Shown: positions 1 through 8,604 of the stretch, piece after piece
How positions within the stretch are numbered: position 1 is the first letter of the stretch
How the letters are laid out: each line of letters begins with the position of its first letter
Assembly (NCBI GenBank): GCA_964203275.1
Contig: CAXNMF010000014.1
Coordinates: 37,828 to 101,827 of the forward strand
Origin: Burkholderiales bacterium
GTDB lineage: Bacteria; Pseudomonadota; Gammaproteobacteria; Burkholderiales; SG8-41
Direction: 5' to 3'
Length of the DNA: 64,000 bases
The notes under the pieces: generated by a model
The model's input: only the letters and a program-made list of their open reading frames with translations
What the model was told of the DNA's origin: nothing
The model's database searches: none
Position numbers and translations under genes: made by a program

Positions 1-239
1 GCTCGTTCGGTGCGCCACCGCCGGCCGGTTTCCAGGGCGGGCAGGTGACGTTTTCGAATAATGCATCGGCCGTGTTGTTTCTCGGATTGGTGATTGCCGG
101 TGCTGCGGAAGCTGCCGGCAACTGGTTCAGCAAACCGCAGGAGCGTCGTGAACCGCTGGCGCCCGGCGGGATTTCGCACACCTGCTCCTGTTACGGCTGG
201 CGTCCCGAGTTATTGACGCCGACCCCTGAGCCGCAGTAA
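1..239 (+). CDS. 3' end of a hypothetical protein (5'-truncated by window)
   Basis: Frame is open from position 3 to TAA at 237-239 and precedes co-oriented genes. No family recognised. Confidence 0.5.
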   Translation, partial: SFGAPPPAGFQGGQVTFSNNASAVLFLGLVIAGAAEAAGNWFSKPQERREPLAPGGISHTCSCYGWRPELLTPTPEPQ

Positions 240-277
240 CTTGCGGCAGTCATTTCAACTGCACTGTGAGTCCCAAC

Positions 278-469
278 ATGAGCAATAACAAAGTTCCAGA
301 GTCGCCCGTTTTTCCCGCCGGGAAAAAATGGGAATTCCAGAAACGTCCGGGCATTTACGAATCCGACATCACGGCGATGGTGCGGCGCATGCTCCAGGAC
401 GAATCCATCAGTGCCGATCAGCGCTCCGCATGGGAACGCTGGCGCAACGACCCCGCGGGGCTGAAATGA
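278..469 (+). CDS. Small hypothetical protein (63 aa; YESDIT motif loosely resembles DUF3460)
   Basis: ATG at 278. Its stop overlaps the next start (ATGA 466-469), indicating translational coupling. Confidence 0.6.
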   Translation: MSNNKVPESPVFPAGKKWEFQKRPGIYESDITAMVRRMLQDESISADQRSAWERWRNDPAGLK

Positions 470-1438
470 AAAAACTGAATGTACTGAAGGCGGTTCTGCT
501 GGGCAGCGCGCTGCTGACAACGGCATCAACAGTTGCTGCGCAGGCCTATCCCTCACGTCCGGTGCGTTTTGTCGTGCCTTATGCCCCCGGCGGCAGCACC
601 GACATGCTGGCGCGACCATGTGCACAAGCTGTCCGAGCTGCTCGGCCAGCAGGTGGTGGTCGACAACCGTCCTGGCGCCAACGGCGACATCGGCATGACC
701 ATCGTCGCCAAGGCGCCAGCTGACGGCTACAGTATCGTGCTGGGCTACATCGCCAACCTCGGCATTGGCCCCAGCCTGTACGACAAGATGCCGTACGACC
801 CGATCAAGGACTTCTCCTCGATCACCCAGGTCGCCGGCGCCTCCAACATTTTCGTGATCCATCCCTCGCTGCCGGCGAAGAACTTCAAGGAGTTCATCGC
901 CTACACCAAGGCCAATCCGAAAAAGGTCAGCTTCGCCTCGGCGGGTGTCGCCAGCGTCGGGCACCTCACCGGCGAACTGCTCAACGACATGGCCGGCATC
1001 GACATGCTGCACGTGCCGTACAAGGGCAGCGGTCAGGCGATCTCCGACCTCGTTGGCGGCCACATCAAGGTGATGATCAGTGGCATGGCCTCGACGCTGC
1101 CGCATGTGCGCTCGGGCAAGCTGGTCGGTATCGTCACCACCGGTTTGAAGCGCACGCCGGCGACGCAGGACATCCCGACCATTGCCGAAACCTTTCCCGG
1201 TTTCGAATCCAGTTCGTGGTTCGGCGTGCTCGGCCCCGCCGGCATGCCGAAGCCGGTGGTGAAGCGGCTCAACGCCGACATCCACAAGTCGCTGCAGGAC
1301 CCCACGGTGTCCAAGCGCCTCGCCAACGTCGGCTTTGAGATCACCTACGGCACGCCGGAAGAGTTCACGGCGTACATCAAGTCGGAGATCAAGAAGTGGG
1401 CGAAGGTGGTGAAGGCTTCGGGGGCGAAGCCGGGTTGA
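466..1438 (+). pseudogene. Bug/TctC tripartite tricarboxylate transporter substrate-binding protein, frameshifted near 615-630 (pseudogene or sequence error)
   Basis: Signal peptide and YPSRPVRFVVPYAPGGSTD are in one frame. KLSELLGQQVVVDNRPGANG...HVPYKGSG...WAKVVKASG continue in the next frame. Confidence 0.85.
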
Positions 1439-1455
1439 ACGGTGGCTTGGCTTTA

Positions 1456-1490
1456 AAAACAAAACCCCGCTTTGGCGGGGTTTTGTTTTG
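1456..1490 (+). terminator. Rho-independent terminator, probably bidirectional
   Basis: Perfect hairpin AAAACAAAACCCCGC-TTTG-GCGGGGTTTTGTTTT, 17 nt after the stop codon. Confidence 0.9.
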
Positions 1491-1573
1491 TTATATTAAT
1501 CTGATTGACGCGGTTTGCCGATCGAAACGGTATCGTGCCGGTTAATAACAAGATTACAAAAAAGGAGAAAGTA

Positions 1574-3112
1574 ATGAGGTCAATTAAAAGACTTCTGCTA
1601 TGTGTAGCACTGCTCGCATCGGTCATATTTGCATCCAGTCAGACTTTCGCGCAGGAAGCCGCGCGAGCACCAAAGAATTCCCAGTTTAAATTTTCAACAC
1701 CTATTGCCCCTGGCGTTGCAGTGCCGGACAAGATAGAGAGCTCGATCGGCACCTTGAATCTTAGCTACGGCTATCCCAAGCCGGACACCGTCGAGAAGAT
1801 CTACGACAACCTCGACCGGTCACGAGCCCTGCAGGCGTACCTCATGGCGATTCCCATTGTGAATCAGGCCGGTATGCGCGACTCGTTGAGCAAGTTCGGC
1901 CCGGCAAATCAGACTAACGTTCTTTGGGAAGACCTTGTCGATGCCCGCACTGTCGAACTGACGGCGAACGACAATACAATCTACAACTTCATCTGGCTCG
2001 ACACGAAGACCGGGCCGCTGGTTGTGGAGATTCCGCCCGGCGTCCTTGGCGCCGTGAACGATCTCTGGTATCGCTGGGTTGCCGATGTCGGCATCACCGG
2101 TGAAGACCGGGGCAAAGGAGGGAAATACCTCGTTCTGCCGCCCGGCTACAAGGGTGACGTACCGGCCGGTTATACGGTCTTGCGGCCGAGCACGTTTGGC
2201 AACTGGCTCTTCTTTCGCGCCTTCCTTGTTGATGGTTCCACGAAGCCCGGCGTCGATTCGGTCAAGAAGCACCTGAAGATATATCAGCTTGCGGACGCCG
2301 CGAATCCGCCACCGGTCAAGTTCGTCAACGCTTCCGGTGTGCCTGCGAATTTCGTTGCGCCCGGTGATTATGCTTTCTGGGAACTCCTGAACAAGGTGAT
2401 CCAGGAGGAACCCACGGAAGGAAGCGATCCGACGACGCTTGGTCTTTTTGCCTCCATCGGCATTATCAAAGGGCAACCTTTCTCTCCCGATAAGCGGATG
2501 AAGAAGATTCTCACGGACGCGGCCAATATCGGCGCCGTCACAGCGCGTACCATTGCCTTCAAGGTGCGTTCGAAAGACGCCTACTTCTTCCCGGAAGGCG
2601 CGTGGCGTCTGCCGTTTTTCGGCGGTTACAAGTTCGAAACATCGCCCGGTGTGACCAACATGGATGGATACATCCAGTACTATTATTTCGCCACCGGCGT
2701 CACTCCTGCGATGGAAATGAAAATGGTCGGCAGGGGATCACAGTATCCATGGGCAGTTCAGGACTCAAAGGGTAACCCGTTCGACGGCGGCAAGACGTAC
2801 AAGATGCGTCTGCCACCCAACGTGCCGGTGAAGGATTTCTGGTCGGTCATCGTTTATGACAACCAGACCCGCTCGATGGTCCAGACGGATCAAAAGTCCC
2901 CGAGTGTGTCCAGCCAGAACAAGGCGCTGAAGACAAATACAGACGGATCTGTGGACGTCTATTTTGGCCCGCGCGCCCCGAAGGGGCAGGAGAGCAACTG
3001 GGTGCAGACGATTCCCGGTAAGGGGTGGTTCATGATTCTGCGCCTCTACGCACCGCTCGAGCCGTGGTTCAACAAAACCTGGAAGCCCGGGGATATCGAG
3101 CTTCAGCGGTGA
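1574..3112 (+). CDS. Exported DUF1254/DUF1214 domain protein
   Basis: AAGGAG RBS and signal peptide. Motifs LTANDNTIY, GPLVVEIP, GxDxGKGGKYL, FWSVIVYD, DGSVDVYFGP, NWVQTIPGKGWF.LRLY.P. Confidence 0.9.
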   Translation: MRSIKRLLLCVALLASVIFASSQTFAQEAARAPKNSQFKFSTPIAPGVAVPDKIESSIGTLNLSYGYPKPDTVEKIYDNLDRSRALQAYLMAIPIVNQAGMRDSLSKFGPANQTNVLWEDLVDARTVELTANDNTIYNFIWLDTKTGPLVVEIPPGVLGAVNDLWYRWVADVGITGEDRGKGGKYLVLPPGYKGDVPAGYTVLRPSTFGNWLFFRAFLVDGSTKPGVDSVKKHLKIYQLADAANPPPVKFVNASGVPANFVAPGDYAFWELLNKVIQEEPTEGSDPTTLGLFASIGIIKGQPFSPDKRMKKILTDAANIGAVTARTIAFKVRSKDAYFFPEGAWRLPFFGGYKFETSPGVTNMDGYIQYYYFATGVTPAMEMKMVGRGSQYPWAVQDSKGNPFDGGKTYKMRLPPNVPVKDFWSVIVYDNQTRSMVQTDQKSPSVSSQNKALKTNTDGSVDVYFGPRAPKGQESNWVQTIPGKGWFMILRLYAPLEPWFNKTWKPGDIELQR

Positions 3113-3134
3113 CACTCAAGGATTTCAAGGATTT

Positions 3135-3191
3135 AAGGGGCCAGGCTCGATTTTCTAAAGCATCCTGATTAAAAATTGAGCCTGGCCCCTT
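3135..3191. repeat. Intergenic inverted repeat (REP-like), 20-bp arms
   Basis: AAGGGGCCAGGCTCGATTTT (3135-3154) and AAAATTGAGCCTGGCCCCTT (3172-3191), one mismatch. Confidence 0.8.
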
Positions 3192-3245
3192 TAATTAAAG
3201 CCGGCCCATGTCAGTCGATAAATCCGCCGCCCCTTGAGTGGTGGC

Positions 3246-3274
3246 TTGCGTGGCAGTAACATATTTGTTATCGT
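3246..3274 (+). promoter_or_regulatory. sigma70-type promoter of the TA operon with overlapping palindromic operator
   Basis: TTGCGT (3246-3251), 17-nt spacer, TATCGT (3269-3274). Palindrome TAACA-TATT-TGTTA at 3257-3270. Confidence 0.65.
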
Positions 3275-3281
3275 GTCGCGT

Positions 3282-3613
3282 GTGGATTACACGATCACCT
3301 ACTACAGCGAACGTGTTCAGGACGAGATACTGAGTCTTCCTGACACTCTCGCTGCCCGGTATATCGTGTTGACGCGCCGCATGGTGGTGCTCGGGCCGAA
3401 TCTGGGCGAGCCACTACCAAGGCTTTTGGAGAAGGGCTGTTCGAGCTGCGATTGAAGGGTGCCGAAGGCATTGCGCGGGTATTCTTTTGTACGCTGGTCG
3501 GCCGGCACATTGTCGTGCTGCACAGCTTCGTCAAGAAGTCGCAGAAAACGCCGCCGCGTGAGCGCCGGATCGCGGAGATTCGAATGAAGGAGATCCAAGA
3601 TGAAAACGCATGA
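3282..3613 (+). pseudogene. RelE/HigB-family (Gp49-like) toxin with a 1-nt frameshift at about 3414
   Basis: Restoring one A gives LGEPHTKAFGEGLFELRLKGAEGIARVFF...LHSFVKKSQKTP, about 110 aa, overlapping the antitoxin start. Confidence 0.85.
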
Positions 3614-3887
3614 TCAAGTCGTCAAGAAACTGATGCGCCGTCCCGGCGTGCGCGCCGAGGTGGAGCGCCTGGAGCGCGAAGAGTCTGCTTTGCTGGATGC
3701 GCTGCTCAAGGCGCGCCAGGAGGCCGGGCTGTCACAAGCGGAAGTGGCGTCGCGAATGGGCACGCAGGCGCCATCGGTGGCTCGTCTGGAGCGGGCGCTG
3801 GCGACCGGCAAGCACTCGCCTTCGGTGGCGACGTTGCGCAAGTACGTCAAAGCCTGCGGCAAGCGTCTGGTTCTGGAAGTAGCCTGA
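3600..3887 (+). CDS. XRE-family HTH antitoxin (HigA-like)
   Basis: ARQEAGLSQAEVASRMGTQAPSVARLE...SPSVATLRKY, downstream of a RelE-like toxin. Confidence 0.9.
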   Translation: MKTHDQVVKKLMRRPGVRAEVERLEREESALLDALLKARQEAGLSQAEVASRMGTQAPSVARLERALATGKHSPSVATLRKYVKACGKRLVLEVA

Positions 3888-3889
3888 AT

Positions 3890-5140
3890 CTACCGCCGCG
3901 CAATCCCCAGCCTCTCGTAAATCGGCCGAATCTGCTCCCGTAACCGGTGCCGGTTGCGCGCCAGAAACAACGCCGCAGCTACACAGCACAATCCCCCCAG
4001 CGTCAGTGTCGCCCTCGGGCCGATCAGGTCGGCGAGGGCGCCTGCAGTCAATGCGCCGAAGGGCATGATGCCGAGGAAGGCTGCGGTGTAGAGGCTCATT
4101 ACGCGGCCGCGCTTGTCGTCGTCGACGATGGTTTGCAGGATGGTGTTGACCGACACGGATGTCACCAGGATGCCGAAGCCGACCACCGACAGCAGCGGCA
4201 GGGCGATCCACACTGAAGGCGCATGCGGGAACAGCGCGAGGGCGGTGCCTGCAGCCAGCACGGCGATGATGATCAGGCGGACCAGGCCGCGGGCGTTTTT
4301 GCGCGAGGCCAGATAAAGCGTGCCGCAGATCGCGCCGCCGCCGGAGGCACTCATCAGGAAACCCATCAGTTCGGAGTCGCCGTGGAAAACTTCGCGCACC
4401 ATCACCGGCATCAGCGTCGAGTACGGCGTGGCGAGCAGGGCGACCACCGACAGGGTCATCAGCAGCGCGCGGATTGGCAGCAGGTTCCACGAGTAGGCGA
4501 AACCTTCGCGCAGGCCGGCGAGCAATGCTTGTTTGGACGGTTCGCGCGGTTGCGCGCGGACGCGGATCAGCAGGAAGGAAATCACCACCGCGATATAGGT
4601 GAAGGCGTTGATCAGGAAGCAGTGCGCTTCGCTGAGTACGCCGATCAGGATGCCGGCGAGCGCGGGGCCGACCATGCGGCCGCTGTTGGCCATGAGTGAC
4701 GTCAGGGCAATCGCGTTGGGCAGGTCTTCCTTGCCTTCGACCAGTTCGAGCAAATAGGCGTGACGGATCGGCAGTTCGACGGCGACGAAGATGCCCATCA
4801 GCATCGCCAGCGTAATGATGTGCCAGGGCTGCAGCACGCCCGTCAGCGCCAGCGTGGCGAGGGTCACCGCCTGCAGCAGTTCGAGTAACTGGGTGCCGAA
4901 CATCGTGCGATGCAGATTGCAGCGGTCCGCCCACCAGCCGGCAACCGGCGCGAGCAGCAGGATCGGCAGGCTGCTGGCGAAGGCCAGCACACCGAGCAGC
5001 GTGGCCGAGCCGGTCAGTTTGTAGAGCAGCCAGCTCTGCGCCACGATCTGGATCCAGTAGCCGATCAGCGCAAAAATCTGGCCGGCGAGGAACAGGCGAA
5101 AGTTGCGGTGGCGAAGGGCGCGGAGAGAGGGAAAAGCCAT
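3890..5140 (-). CDS. MFS transporter (MFS_3/DUF894-like)
   Basis: ALRHRNFRLF N-terminus, about 12 hydrophobic segments, DDKRGRVMS motif. Confidence 0.9.
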   Translation of the reverse strand: MAFPSLRALRHRNFRLFLAGQIFALIGYWIQIVAQSWLLYKLTGSATLLGVLAFASSLPILLLAPVAGWWADRCNLHRTMFGTQLLELLQAVTLATLALTGVLQPWHIITLAMLMGIFVAVELPIRHAYLLELVEGKEDLPNAIALTSLMANSGRMVGPALAGILIGVLSEAHCFLINAFTYIAVVISFLLIRVRAQPREPSKQALLAGLREGFAYSWNLLPIRALLMTLSVVALLATPYSTLMPVMVREVFHGDSELMGFLMSASGGGAICGTLYLASRKNARGLVRLIIIAVLAAGTALALFPHAPSVWIALPLLSVVGFGILVTSVSVNTILQTIVDDDKRGRVMSLYTAAFLGIMPFGALTAGALADLIGPRATLTLGGLCCVAAALFLARNRHRLREQIRPIYERLGIARR

Positions 5141-5224
5141 GGCGTTGAAACGGGAAACCCCGATTCTACTTCATGGACTTCACGAGGAGAGCAAGGGTGC
5201 GCTGCGGTAAAATATGAGCCTCCC

Positions 5225-6406
5225 ATGTCTCAAGATAATTCCGCGACACTCACGCCGACTCGCCTGATCACCATTTACCAGATCATGGCTGTGGTGGTGT
5301 TGTGGAATAGCGCCTATAAGGGTACGCGCGTACTGAATACGCTGTATGCGCTGGAACTTGGCGCCACGCCGTTGCATATCGGCCTGTTGCTGGCTACCTA
5401 CGGGGTTTTTCCGCTGCTGCTGGCCGTAACCGCAGGGCGCATCGCCGACCGCTACGGTTCGCGCATTCCGTTGATCATCGGCATGATCGTCAGCACGATT
5501 GGTGCGATCCTGCCTTGGTTTGCGCCGAGCATGCCGCTTCTGTTTGCTGCAGCGGCGGTGACTGGTTTTGGTTTCATTCTCGGCCAGGTCGCATTGCAGT
5601 CGCTGGTCGGCACGCTGGGGGAAGGCAAGGACCGCACGCGCAATTTCAACAACTATGCGTTGATTGTCGCGGTCGCCGATTTCACGGGTCCGGTGCTTGC
5701 CGGGTTCTCGATTGATCATTTCGGCCATGTCCGGACTTATCTGGTGCTCGCGTTTTTGGCGGCTACGGCAGTTGTGACGGTGTTCGTGCTGGCGAAACGC
5801 GTGCCGCGCCACCGGCGGCCGGCCCCCGCACCCGAAGGCCAGCGCATGTCGGACCTGTTCCGTGACATCAATATGCGCCGCGTGCTGATTGCCGGGGCCG
5901 TAGTGATGACCGGCATCGATCTGTTCCAGCTCTACATGCCGCTCTACGGTCATCAGGTCGGCCTGTCGGCTTCCGCCATCGGCATGGTACTGGGTGCCGC
6001 GGCTGCTGCAACCTTCGTCTCGCGCGCGCTGCTGCCGATGCTGGTCAGCCGTTACGGTGAGGAAAAAACACTACTCTATTCGCTGTTCCTCACCGCAGCG
6101 ATGTTCACGCTGATCCCGCTGTTCTCCGGCGCTGTCGTGCTCGGCATCATCTGCTTTACGCTCGGGCTGGGCATGGGGTTGGGGCAGCCGCTGACGGTGA
6201 TGCTTTGTTACCGTTATTCACCAGCGGGGCGTGGCGGAGAGTCGCTGGGCTTGCGCATTGCCATCAACAATTCCATGCATGTGGTGGTGCCTTCTGTGTT
6301 CGGGGCGGTGGGTGCGGCGTTCGGGCTCGCGCCGGTATTCTGGGTCAGTGCCGGCGTGATTGCCGCCGGCAACTGGTATGCGCGTCGACGCGAACCCGCA
6401 AGCTGA
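5225..6406 (+). CDS. MFS transporter
   Basis: GRIADRYG motif A and about 12 TM segments. Start assigned to ATG 5225. Confidence 0.88.
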   Translation: MSQDNSATLTPTRLITIYQIMAVVVLWNSAYKGTRVLNTLYALELGATPLHIGLLLATYGVFPLLLAVTAGRIADRYGSRIPLIIGMIVSTIGAILPWFAPSMPLLFAAAAVTGFGFILGQVALQSLVGTLGEGKDRTRNFNNYALIVAVADFTGPVLAGFSIDHFGHVRTYLVLAFLAATAVVTVFVLAKRVPRHRRPAPAPEGQRMSDLFRDINMRRVLIAGAVVMTGIDLFQLYMPLYGHQVGLSASAIGMVLGAAAAATFVSRALLPMLVSRYGEEKTLLYSLFLTAAMFTLIPLFSGAVVLGIICFTLGLGMGLGQPLTVMLCYRYSPAGRGGESLGLRIAINNSMHVVVPSVFGAVGAAFGLAPVFWVSAGVIAAGNWYARRREPAS

Positions 6407-6423
6407 TCCCCGGAAACCGCATC

Positions 6424-7560
6424 TTGTCCATTCATCTCGTTTTGCTGGTCGTGCTGCTCAACATGAGCGCATTCCGCGCAAGCAAGGTGCTGGTGTCTCT
6501 GTTTGCACTGGAACTCGGTGCACCGCAGATCATGCTGGGCGTGATCATTGCGCTCTACTCCCTGTGCCCGATGCTGTTGGCGCTTTATGCCGGACGATTG
6601 ATAGACCGGCTCGGGGTGCGCTGGCCGATGACGCTGGGCTGCATGGGGATTGCATTGTCGCTGGCGCTGCCGGGTCTTCTGCCGCAATTGTCGATGCTGT
6701 ACCTGTCGGCACTGCTGATCGGCGCGTCGCATGTGTTCTACAACGTTGCCGTGCAGAATGTGATCGGCATGCTGAGCACCCCCGAAACGCGCACCCGCAA
6801 TTTCAGCAACCTGAGCCTGATGATGGCCTCCGGCGGTTTCGTCGGCCCCTTGGTCGCCGGGTTTGCGATCGATACGCTGGGTCATGCCATTGCTTATCTG
6901 TGTATCGCCGTGACCCCGGCCGTGTCTGCGGCGATTCTGTTCAGTGCGCGGCGCTCGCTGGAGGCCTTGCGCGGCGGCAAGTCCAAAGTGGATGAAAGCG
7001 GCAGTTTCGGCGGCATTGATCTGTTGCGCAATGCGCCGCTGCGCCGCACGCTGATCACCAGCGGCATCATTCTCACCGCAATCGACCTGTTCCAGTTTTA
7101 CATGCCGATCTATGGCCATTCGCTCGGCCTGTCGGCCTCGATGATCGGATTCGTGCTGGCGATGTTCGCCGTGGCATCGTTCATCGTGCGGGTGGTGATG
7201 CCCAATATGGTTGCCCGGTATGGCGAAGAACGCATGCTGACCGCGGCGATTTTCATTGCGGCGGCCACCTATCTGCTGTTTCCGCTGATGAAGAGCGAGT
7301 TGCTGCTGGTGATTGCCGCATTTTTGCTCGGACTGGGCGTGGGCTGCGGCCAGCCGCTGACGCTGATGCTGATCTATGCGCGCGCGCCCGAAGGTCGTTC
7401 CGGTGAGGTGCTGGGCCTGCGCATGGCGTTCAACAACCTGACGCACCTTGCGGTACCGTTGTTTTTCGGTGCCATCGGCACCGCCTTTGGACTGGCGCCG
7501 GTGTTTCTCGCCAATGCCGTGATGCTGGGCGTGGGCGGCATGCTCAGCCGCAGGCGCTGA
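6424..7560 (+). CDS. MFS transporter, paralog of the upstream gene
   Basis: GRLIDRLG motif A. Shares IDLFQ.YMP.YGH..GLSAS.IG with 5225-6406. TTG start is uncertain. Confidence 0.85.
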   Translation: MSIHLVLLVVLLNMSAFRASKVLVSLFALELGAPQIMLGVIIALYSLCPMLLALYAGRLIDRLGVRWPMTLGCMGIALSLALPGLLPQLSMLYLSALLIGASHVFYNVAVQNVIGMLSTPETRTRNFSNLSLMMASGGFVGPLVAGFAIDTLGHAIAYLCIAVTPAVSAAILFSARRSLEALRGGKSKVDESGSFGGIDLLRNAPLRRTLITSGIILTAIDLFQFYMPIYGHSLGLSASMIGFVLAMFAVASFIVRVVMPNMVARYGEERMLTAAIFIAAATYLLFPLMKSELLLVIAAFLLGLGVGCGQPLTLMLIYARAPEGRSGEVLGLRMAFNNLTHLAVPLFFGAIGTAFGLAPVFLANAVMLGVGGMLSRRR

Positions 7561-7599
7561 GCCCGATATAATTTCCGCATTCATACTCAGGACTGACCT

Positions 7600-8571
7600 A
7601 TGAAAATCGCGATCATTGATGACTATCAGGATGCATTTCGCAAGCTGGAGTGCAGCAAAAAACTCGCCGGGCACGAACTGCTGGTTTATACCGATACCGA
7701 AAAAGATCCCGCCAAGCTGGCCGAACGACTGAAGGATGCCGATGTCGTGGTGTTGACCCAGCAGCGCTCGAAGATGCCGCGCGCGGTGATCGAAAAACTG
7801 CCCAAGCTCAAGCTGATCAGCCAGACCGGCCGCAATGCCTATCACATTGACATTGATGCCTGCACCGAGCGCGGCGTCGTATTGTCTGCGGGCGGCGCGG
7901 GCAACCCGAACCCGACCGCGGAGCTGGCCTGGGGGTTGATCCTCGCCAACTTGCGTCAAATTCCACAGGAAGTGCAGCGCCTGAAAAACGGCCAGTGGCA
8001 AGGCTCCGTCGGTGTCGGCCTGTCCGGCAAAACGCTGGGCATTTACGCCTACGGCCGCATCGGCAGCCTGGTGGCGCAGGTAGGCAAGGCCTTCGGCATG
8101 CGCGTGTTGTGCTGGGGACGTGATGGTTCGACGGCCAAGGCGAAGGCAGCGGGTTTCGAAGTGGCGGCAAGCCGCGAAGCCTTTTTTGCCGAGTCCGATG
8201 TGATTTCCCTGCATCTGCCGCTGAATGACGGCACACGCGGCATCGTCACGGCGGCTGATCTGGCGCTGATGAAACCGACCGCGCTGATCGTCAACACCAG
8301 CCGTGCACCGATCATTGCCAGGGATGCGCTGGTTGCTGCGCTGAAAGCCGGGCGTCCCGGTCGCGCTGCGATCGACGTGTTCGAGGAAGAGCCGATGCTC
8401 AACGCGAATCATCCGCTGCTCGGCATGGACAATGTGCTGTGCACCCCGCATCTGGGTTACGTCGAAGAGCGTACCTATGAATCGTATTACGGCACCGCGG
8501 TCGAACAGATCCTCGCCTTTGTCGCCGGCGCGCCGATCAATGTCGCCAATCCGGATGTGTTGAAAAAGTAA
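7600..8571 (+). CDS. D-2-hydroxyacid dehydrogenase family protein
   Basis: Rossmann GIYAYGRIG, SLHLPL, VNTSR, DVFEEEP and TPHLGY motifs. Confidence 0.92.
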   Translation: MKIAIIDDYQDAFRKLECSKKLAGHELLVYTDTEKDPAKLAERLKDADVVVLTQQRSKMPRAVIEKLPKLKLISQTGRNAYHIDIDACTERGVVLSAGGAGNPNPTAELAWGLILANLRQIPQEVQRLKNGQWQGSVGVGLSGKTLGIYAYGRIGSLVAQVGKAFGMRVLCWGRDGSTAKAKAAGFEVAASREAFFAESDVISLHLPLNDGTRGIVTAADLALMKPTALIVNTSRAPIIARDALVAALKAGRPGRAAIDVFEEEPMLNANHPLLGMDNVLCTPHLGYVEERTYESYYGTAVEQILAFVAGAPINVANPDVLKK

Positions 8572-8604
8572 AATCTGTAGAACAATGTATTGGAGGAGTG
8601 CAGT

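Noticed and set aside
3116-3195. Palindrome as an integron attC site before a TA cassette
   Set aside because: No RYYYAAC / GTTRRRY core sites, no second copy and no integrase.
6214-8451. 745-aa minus-strand ORF
   Set aside because: Antisense shadow of the MFS and dehydrogenase genes in GC-rich DNA, with no recognisable motifs.
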